DNA from: Auanema rhodensis
Lineage: Eukaryota > Animalia > Nematoda
Direction of reading: 5' to 3'
Assembly: GCA_964057225.1 (NCBI GenBank)
Contig: OZ059900.1
Span: forward strand, 16,926,001 to 16,990,000
DNA: 64,000 nt
Position 1 is the stretch's first letter. Each line of letters opens with the position of its first letter. Under the pieces are notes generated by a model. That model had not been told where the DNA came from, searched no databases, and saw only the letters and a list, made by a program, of their open reading frames with translations. Shown here in pieces: positions 55,001-64,000 of the stretch. Made by a program: the position numbers and the translations under genes.

Positions 55001-58000
55001 AAAAATACAAAAACACAGTATTTCCCATGAGAAATATTTTATTATGCTGGAAAACCAGTTTTTGGAAATTTCGCTGTAAACAAGGTTTTGACTTACGATT
55101 TCATGTGTTCAAACTCATGCAATGTCAATGAAACCCAGCTCAAAATTGTTCGTACAACGTCTAGTTCCACTTTCACGACAAAAAAACAGGGGTTAGAAAA
55201 TTAAGGAAATTAGCATATTCTGAGGGCACGCCCCTTATGGCTAATATTGATTAAATCGATTTTTGTTCATATGAGTCGTCAAATGCAACGAATTTCAGCG
55301 TGTTACATACTAAAATGAAGCATTTTACATGCTGAACACTAGAAAAATACAAAAACACAGTATTTCCCATGAGAAATATTTTATTATGCTGGAAAACCAG
55401 TTTTTGGAAATTTCGCTGTAAACAAGGTTTTGACTTACGATTTCATGTGTTCAAACTCATGCAATGTCAATGAAACCTAGCTCAAAATTGTTCCTACAAC
55501 GTCTAGTTCCACTTTCACGACAAAAAAACAGGGGTTAGAAAATTAAGGAAATTAGCATATTCTGAGGGCACGCCCTTTATGGCTAATATTGATTAAATCG
55601 GTTTTTGTTCATATGAGTCGTCAAATGCAACGAATTTCAGCGTGTTACATACTAAAATGAAGCATTTCACATGCTGAACACTAGAAAAATACAAAAACAC
55701 AGTATTTCCCATGAGAAATATTTTATTATGCTGGAAAACCAGTTTTTGGAAATTTCGCTGTAAACAAGGTTTTGACTTACGATTTCATGTGTTCAAACTC
55801 ATGCAATGTCAATGAAACCTAGCTCAAAATTGTTCGTACAACGTCTAGTTCCACTTTCACGACAAAAAAACAGGGGTTAGAAAATTAAGGAAATTAGCAT
55901 ATTCTGAGGGCACGCCCCTTATGGCTAATATTGATTAAATCGATTTTTGTTCATATGAGTCGTCAAATGCAACGAATTTCAGCGTGTTACATACTAAAAT
56001 GAAGCATTTTACATGCTGAACACTAGAAAAATACAAAAACACAGTATTTCCCATGAGAAATATTTTATTATGCTGGAAAACCAGTTTTTGGAAATTTCGC
56101 TGTAAACAAGGTTTTGACTTACGATTTCATGTGTTCAAACTCATGCAATGTCAATGAAACCTAGCTCAAAATTGTTCGTACAACGTCTAGTTCCACTTTC
56201 ACGACTAAAAAACAGGGGTTAAAAAATTAAGGAAATTAGCATATTCTGAGGGCACGCCCCTTATGGCTAATATTGATTAAATCGATTTTTGTTCATATGA
56301 GTCGTCAAATGCAACGAATTTCAGCGTGTTACATACTAAAATGAAGCATTTTACATGCTGAACACTAGAAAAATACAAAAACACAGTATTTCCCATGAGA
56401 AATATTTTATTATGCTGGAAAACCAGTTTTTGGAAATTTCGCTGTAAACAAGGTTTTGACTTACGATTTCATGTGTTCAAACTCATGCAATGTCAATGAA
56501 ACCCAGCTCAAAATTGTTCGTACAACGTCTAGTTCCACTTTCACGACAAAAAAACAGGGGTTAGAAAATTAAGGAAATTAGCATATTCTGAGGGCACGCC
56601 CCTTATGGCTAATATTGATTAAATCGATTTTTGTTCATATGAGTCGTCAAATGCAACGAATTTCAGCGTGTTACATACTAAAATGAAGCATTTTACATGC
56701 TGAACACTAGAAAAATACAAAAACACAGTATTTCCCATGAGAAATATTTTATTATGCTGGAAAACCAGTTTTTGGAAATTTCGCTGTAAACAAGGTTTTG
56801 ACTTACGATTTCATGTGTTCAAACTCATGCAATGTCAATGAAACCTAGCTCAAAATTGTTCGTACAACGTCTAGTTCCACTTTCACGACAAAAAAACAGG
56901 GGTTAGAAAATTAAGGAAATTAGCATATTCTGAGGGCACGCCCCTTATGGCTAATATTGATTAAATCGATTTTTGTTCATATGAGTCGTCAAATGCAACG
57001 AATTTCAGCGTGTTACATACTAAAATGAAGCATTTTACATGCTGAACACTAGAAAAATACAAAAACACAGTATTTCCCATGAGAAATATTTTATTATGCT
57101 GGAAAACCAGTTTTTGGAAATTTCGCTGTAAACAAGGTTTTGACTTACGATTTCATGTGTTCAAACTCATGCAATGTCAATGAAACCCAGCTCAAAATTG
57201 TTCGTACAACGTCTAGTTCCACTTTCACGACAAAAAAACAGGGGTTAGAAAATTAAGGAAATTAGCATATTCTGAGGGCACGCCCCTTATGGCTAATATT
57301 GATTAAATCGATTTTTGTTCATATGAGTCGTCAAATGCAACGAATTTCAGCGTGTTACATACTAAAATGAAGCATTTTACATGCTGAACACTAGAAAAAT
57401 ACAAAAACACAGTATTTCCCATGAGAAATATTTTATTATGCTGGAAAACCAGTTTTTGGAAATTTCGCTGTAAACAAGGTTTTGACTTACGATTTCATGT
57501 GTTCAAACTCATGCAATGTCAATGAAACCTAGCTCAAAATTGTTCGTACAACGTCTAGTTCCACTTTCACGACAAAAAAACAGGGGTTAGAAAATTAAGG
57601 AAATTAGCATATTCTGAGGGCACGCCCCTTATGGCTAATATTGATTAAATCGATTTTTGTTCATATGAGTCGTCAAATGCAACGAATTTCAGCGTGTTAC
57701 ATACTAAAATGAAGCATTTTACATGCTGAACACTAGAAAAATACAAAAACACAGTATTTCCCATGAGAAATATTTTATTATGCTGGAAAACCAGTTTTTG
57801 GAAATTTCGCTGTAAACAAGGTTTTGACTTACGATTTCATGTGTTCAAACTCATGCAATGTCAATGAAACCTAGCTCAAAATTGTTAATACAATGTCTAG
57901 TTCCACTTTCACGACAAAAAAACAGGGGTTAGAAAATTAAGGAAATTAGCATATTCTGAGGGCACGCCCTTTATGGCTAATATTGATTAAATCGATTTTT

Positions 58001-61000
58001 GTTCATATGAGTCGTCAAATGCAACGAATTTCAGCGTGTTACATACTAAAATGAAGCATTTTACATGCTGAACACTAGAAAAATACAAAAACACAGTATT
58101 TCCCATGAGAAATATTTTATTATGCTGGAAAACCAGTTTTTGGAAATTTCGCTGTAAACAAGGTTTTGACTTACGATTTCATGTGTTCAAACTCATGCAA
58201 TGTCAATGAAACCTAGCTCAAAATTGTTCGTACAACGTCTAGTTCCACTTTCACGACTAAAAAACAGGGGTTAGAAAATTAAGGAAATTAGCATATTCTG
58301 AGGGCACGCCCCTTATGGCTAATATTGATTAAATCGATTTTTGTTCATATGAGTCGTCAAATGCAACGAATTTCAGCGTGTTACATACTAAAATGAAGCA
58401 TTTTACATGCTGAACACTAGAAAAATACAAAAACACAGTATTTCCCATGAGAAATATTTTATTATGCTGGAAAACCAGTTTTTGGAAATTTCGCTGTAAA
58501 CAAGGTTTTGACTTACGATTTCATGTGTTCAAACTCATGCAATGTCAATGAAACCCAGCTCAAAATTGTTCGTACAACGTCTAGTTCCACTTTCACGACA
58601 AAAAAACAGGGGTTAGAAAATTAAGGAAATTAGCATATTCTGAGGGCACGCCCCTTATGGCTAATATTGATTAAATCGATTTTTGTTCATATGAGTCGTC
58701 AAATGCAACGAATTTCAGCGTGTTACATACTAAAATGAAGCATTTTACATGCTGAACACTAGAAAAATACAAAAACACAGTATTTCCCATGAGAAATATT
58801 TTATTATGCTGGAAAACCAGTTTTTGGAAATTTCGCTGTAAACAAGGTTTTGACTTACGATTTCATGTGTTCAAACTCATGCAATGTCAATGAAACCTAG
58901 CTCAAAATTGTTCCTACAACGTCTAGTTCCACTTTCACGACAAAAAAACAGGGGTTAGAAAATTAAGGAAATTAGCATATTCTGAGGGCACGCCCTTTAT
59001 GGCTAATATTGATTAAATCGGTTTTTGTTCATATGAGTCGTCAAATGCAACGAATTTCAGCGTGTTACATACTAAAATGAAGCATTTCACATGCTGAACA
59101 CTAGAAAAATACAAAAACACAGTATTTCCCATGAGAAATATTTTATTATGCTGGAAAACCAGTTTTTGGAAATTTCGCTGTAAACAAGGTTTTGACTTAC
59201 GATTTCATGTGTTCAAACTCATGCAATGTCAATGAAACCTAGCTCAAAATTGTTCGTACAACGTCTAGTTCCACTTTCACGACAAAAAAACAGGGGTTAG
59301 AAAATTAAGGAAATTAGCATATTCTGAGGGCACGCCCCTTATGGCTAATATTGATTAAATCGATTTTTGTTCATATGAGTCGTCAAATGCAACGAATTTC
59401 AGCGTGTTACATACTAAAATGAAGCATTTTACATGCTGAACACTAGAAAAATACAAAAACACAGTATTTCCCATGAGAAATATTTTATTATGCTGGAAAA
59501 CCAGTTTTTGGAAATTTCGCTGTAAACAAGGTTTTGACTTACGATTTCATGTGTTCAAACTCATGCAATGTCAATGAAACCTAGCTCAAAATTGTTCGTA
59601 CAACGTCTAGTTCCACTTTCACGACTAAAAAACAGGGGTTAAAAAATTAAGGAAATTAGCATATTCTGAGGGCACGCCCCTTATGGCTAATATTGATTAA
59701 ATCGATTTTTGTTCATATGAGTCGTCAAATGCAACGAATTTCAGCGTGTTACATACTAAAATGAAGCATTTTACATGCTGAACACTAGAAAAATACAAAA
59801 ACACAGTATTTCCCATGAGAAATATTTTATTATGCTGGAAAACCAGTTTTTGGAAATTTCGCTGTAAACAAGGTTTTGACTTACGATTTCATGTGTTCAA
59901 ACTCATGCAATGTCAATGAAACCCAGCTCAAAATTGTTCGTACAACGTCTAGTTCCACTTTCACGACAAAAAAACAGGGGTTAGAAAATTAAGGAAATTA
60001 GCATATTCTGAGGGCACGCCCCTTATGGCTAATATTGATTAAATCGATTTTTGTTCATATGAGTCGTCAAATGCAACGAATTTCAGCGTGTTACATACTA
60101 AAATGAAGCATTTTACATGCTGAACACTAGAAAAATACAAAAACACAGTATTTCCCATGAGAAATATTTTATTATGCTGGAAAACCAGTTTTTGGAAATT
60201 TCGCTGTAAACAAGGTTTTGACTTACGATTTCATGTGTTCAAACTCATGCAATGTCAATGAAACCTAGCTCAAAATTGTTCGTACAACGTCTAGTTCCAC
60301 TTTCACGACAAAAAAACAGGGGTTAGAAAATTAAGGAAATTAGCATATTCTGAGGGCACGCCCCTTATGGCTAATATTGATTAAATCGATTTTTGTTCAT
60401 ATGAGTCGTCAAATGCAACGAATTTCAGCGTGTTACATACTAAAATGAAGCATTTTACATGCTGAACACTAGAAAAATACAAAAACACAGTATTTCCCAT
60501 GAGAAATATTTTATTATGCTGGAAAACCAGTTTTTGGAAATTTCGCTGTAAACAAGGTTTTGACTTACGATTTCATGTGTTCAAACTCATGCAATGTCAA
60601 TGAAACCCAGCTCAAAATTGTTCGTACAACGTCTAGTTCCACTTTCACGACAAAAAAACAGGGGTTAGAAAATTAAGGAAATTAGCATATTCTGAGGGCA
60701 CGCCCCTTATGGCTAATATTGATTAAATCGATTTTTGTTCATATGAGTCGTCAAATGCAACGAATTTCAGCGTGTTACATACTAAAATGAAGCATTTTAC
60801 ATGCTGAACACTAGAAAAATACAAAAACACAGTATTTCCCATGAGAAATATTTTATTATGCTGGAAAACCAGTTTTTGGAAATTTCGCTGTAAACAAGGT
60901 TTTGACTTACGATTTCATGTGTTCAAACTCATGCAATGTCAATGAAACCTAGCTCAAAATTGTTCGTACAACGTCTAGTTCCACTTTCACGACAAAAAAA

Positions 61001-64000
61001 CAGGGGTTAGAAAATTAAGGAAATTAGCATATTCTGAGGGCACGCCCCTTATGGCTAATATTGATTAAATCGATTTTTGTTCATATGAGTCGTCAAATGC
61101 AACGAATTTCAGCGTGTTACATACTAAAATGAAGCATTTTACATGCTGAACACTAGAAAAATACAAAAACACAGTATTTCCCATGAGAAATATTTTATTA
61201 TGCTGGAAAACCAGTTTTTGGAAATTTCGCTGTAAACAAGGTTTTGACTTACGATTTCATGTGTTCAAACTCATGCAATGTCAATGAAACCCAGCTCAAA
61301 ATTGTTCGTACAACGTCTAGTTCCACTTTCACGACAAAAAAACAGGGGTTAGAAAATTAAGGAAATTAGCATATTCTGAGGGCACGCCCCTTATGGCTAA
61401 TATTGATTAAATCGATTTTTGTTCATATGAGTCGTCAAATGCAACGAATTTCAGCGTGTTACATACTAAAATGAAGCATTTTACATGCTGAACACTAGAA
61501 AAATACAAAAACACAGTATTTCCCATGAGAAATATTTTATTATGCTGGAAAACCAGTTTTTGGAAATTTCGCTGTAAACAAGGTTTTGACTTACGATTTC
61601 ATGTGTTCAAACTCATGCAATGTCAATGAAACCTAGCTCAAAATTGTTCGTACAACGTCTAGTTCCACTTTCACGACAAAAAAACAGGGGTTAGAAAATT
61701 AAGGAAATTAGCATATTCTGAGGGCACGCCCCTTATGGCTAATATTGATTAAATCGATTTTTGTTCATATGAGTCGTCAAATGCAACGAATTTCAGCGTG
61801 TTACATACTAAAATGAAGCATTTTACATGCTGAACACTAGAAAAATACAAAAACACAGTATTTCCCATGAGAAATATTTTATTATGCTGGAAAACCAGTT
61901 TTTGGAAATTTCGCTGTAAACAAGGTTTTGACTTACGATTTCATGTGTTCAAACTCATGCAATGTCAATGAAACCTAGCTCAAAATTGTTCGTACAACGT
62001 CTAGTTCCACTTTCACGACAAAAAAACAGGGGTTAGAAAATTAAGGAAATTAGCATATTCTGAGGGCACGCCCCTTATGGCTAATATTGATTAAATCGAT
62101 TTTTGTTCATATGAGTCGTCAAATGCAACGAATTTCAGCGTGTTACATACTAAAATGAAGCATTTTACATGCTGAACACTAGAAAAATACAAAAACACAG
62201 TATTTCCCATGAGAAATATTTTATTATGCTGGAAAACCAGTTTTTGGAAATTTCGCTGTAAACAAGGTTTTGACTTACGATTTCATGTGTTCAAACTCAT
62301 GCAATGTCAATGAAACCTAGCTCAAAATTGTTCCTACAACGTCTAGTTCCACTTTCACGACAAAAAAACAGGGGTTAGAAAATTAAGGAAATTAGCATAT
62401 TCTGAGGGCACGCCCCTTATGGCTAATATTGATTAAATCGATTTTTGTTCATATGAGTCGTCAAATGCAACGAATTTCAGCGTGTTACATACTAAAATGA
62501 AGCATTTTACATGCTGAACACTAGAAAAATACAAAAACACAGTATTTCCCATGAGAAATATTTTATTATGCTGGAAAACCAGTTTTTGGAAATTTCGCTG
62601 TAAACAAGGTTTTGACTTACGATTTCATGTGTTCAAACTCATGCAATGTCAATGAAACCCAGCTCAAAATTGTTCGTACAACGTCTAGTTCCACTTTCAC
62701 GACAAAAAAACAGGGGTTAGAAAATTAAGGAAATTAGCATATTCTGAGGGCACGCCCCTTATGGCTAATATTGATTAAATCGATTTTTGTTCATATGAGT
62801 CGTCAAATGCAACGAATTTCAGCGTGTTACATACTAAAATGAAGCATTTTACATGCTGAACACTAGAAAAATACAAAAACACAGTATTTCCCATGAGAAA
62901 TATTTTATTATGCTGGAAAACCAGTTTTTGGAAATTTCGCTGTAAACAAGGTTTTGACTTACGATTTCATGTGTTCAAACTCATGCAATGTCAATGAAAC
63001 CTAGCTCAAAATTGTTCGTACAACGTCTAGTTCCACTTTCACGACAAAAAAACAGGGGTTAGAAAATTAAGGAAATTAGCATATTCTGAGGGCACGCCCC
63101 TTATGGCTAATATTGATTAAATCGATTTTTGTTCATATGAGTCGTCAAATGCAACGAATTTCAGCGTGTTACATACTAAAATGAAGCATTTTACATGCTG
63201 AACACTAGAAAAATACAAAAACACAGTATTTCCCATGAGAAATATTTTATTATGCTGGAAAACCAGTTTTTGGAAATTTCGCTGTAAACAAGGTTTTGAC
63301 TTACGATTTCATGTGTTCAAACTCATGCAATGTCAATGAAACCTAGCTCAAAATTGTTCGTACAACGTCTAGTTCCACTTTCACGACAAAAAAACAGGGG
63401 TTAGAAAATTAAGGAAATTAGCATATTCTGAGGGCACGCCCCTTATGGCTAATATTGATTAAATCGATTTTTGTTCATATGAGTCGTCAAATGCAACGAA
63501 TTTCAGCGTGTTACATACTAAAATGAAGCATTTTACATGCTGAACACTAGAAAAATACAAAAACACAGTATTTCCCATGAGAAATATTTTATTATGCTGG
63601 AAAACCAGTTTTTGAAAATTTCGCTGTAAACAAGGTTTTGACTTACGATTTCATGTGTTCAAACTCATGCAATGTCAATGAAACCTAGCTCAAAATTGTT
63701 CGTACAACGTCTAGTTCCACTTTCACGACAAAAAAACAGGGGTTAGAAAATTAAGGAAATTAGCATATTCTGAGGGCACGCCCCTTATGGCTAATATTGA
63801 TTAAATCGATTTTTGTTCATATGAGTCGTCAAATGCAACGAATTTCAGCGTGTTACATACTAAAATGAAGCATTTTACATGCTGAACACTAGAAAAATAC
63901 AAAAACACAGTATTTCCCATGAGAAATATTTTATTATGCTGGAAAACCAGTTTTTGGAAATTTCGCTGTAAACAAGGTTTTGACTTACGATTTCATGTGT
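37066..64000. repeat. Array B distal domain: different variant set, short local duplications (3-, 4-, 5-, 10-mers), becoming near-consensus at the right end
   Basis: Markers GCCCTTTAT, CAGTAATACC, GTTAATACAATG, ACGACTAAA, GTCTGGTT and AAACCCAGC appear only here. Proximal markers GAATTTT, GAAGTATTT, TTTAGG and GATTCC are absent. Confidence 0.88.
54340..61290. repeat. Tandem duplication of a 10-monomer block (3420 bp) in array B
   Basis: Private variants AAATCGGTTTTT (55601 and 59021), GGGGTTAAAAAA (56221 and 59641) and GTTAATACAATG (~54464 and ~57884) recur exactly 3420 bp apart. Confidence 0.9.

Larger units (their letters stand above)
15866..64000. repeat. Tandem satellite array B, 342-bp monomer, ~140 copies, very high inter-copy identity, truncated by the window end
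   Basis: AAATTAAGGAAATTAGCATATTCTGAGGGCACGCCCC recurs at 15866, 16208, 16550, 16892 ... with an exact 342-bp period. There are rare 341-bp and 345-bp copies and only a few substitutions per monomer. Confidence 0.98.

Noticed and set aside
1-64000. CRISPR array
   Set aside because: There are no unique spacers. The whole 232-bp and 342-bp units repeat, and there are no cas genes.
15866-64000. Assignment to a named satellite family (primate alpha satellite; ~340-bp tenebrionid beetle satellites)
   Set aside because: The resemblance is in monomer length and AT-richness only, and I do not recognise the sequence. It needs BLASTn against nt, Dfam or Repbase.
1-64000. 5S rDNA, tRNA, snRNA or spliced-leader tandem gene arrays; transposon insertions
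   Set aside because: No recognisable 5S, tRNA, snRNA or SL sequence occurs in either monomer, and no non-satellite interruption was seen apart from the 3 nt at the junction.

Overview
The window contains no genes. It is entirely eukaryotic-type AT-rich tandem satellite DNA, made of two head-to-tail arrays that meet at a sharp junction at about 15862-15866. Array A (1-15862, about 68-69 monomers) has a 232-bp monomer with 225, 231, 233 and 240-bp variants, three interleaved subfamilies and short higher-order repeats (HORs). Array B (15866-64000, about 140 monomers, running off the window) has a 342-bp monomer. B shows a 7-mer HOR domain near the junction, a switch to a different set of diagnostic variants at about 37 kb, and progressive homogenisation toward the right end. 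All ORFs in the supplied track are chance reading frames of the repeat monomers. The most notable sequence-level observations are as follows. The 342-bp monomer is tiled by stem-loops and palindromes, and several recurrent variants perfect these dyads, one giving an 18-bp perfect palindrome. The monomer appears to be an ancient dimer of about 171 bp and carries a CENP-B-box-like motif. The 232-bp monomer contains an internal duplication of about 85 bp. A (peri)centromeric location is plausible but is inference. The species and satellite families cannot be identified from the sequence alone.
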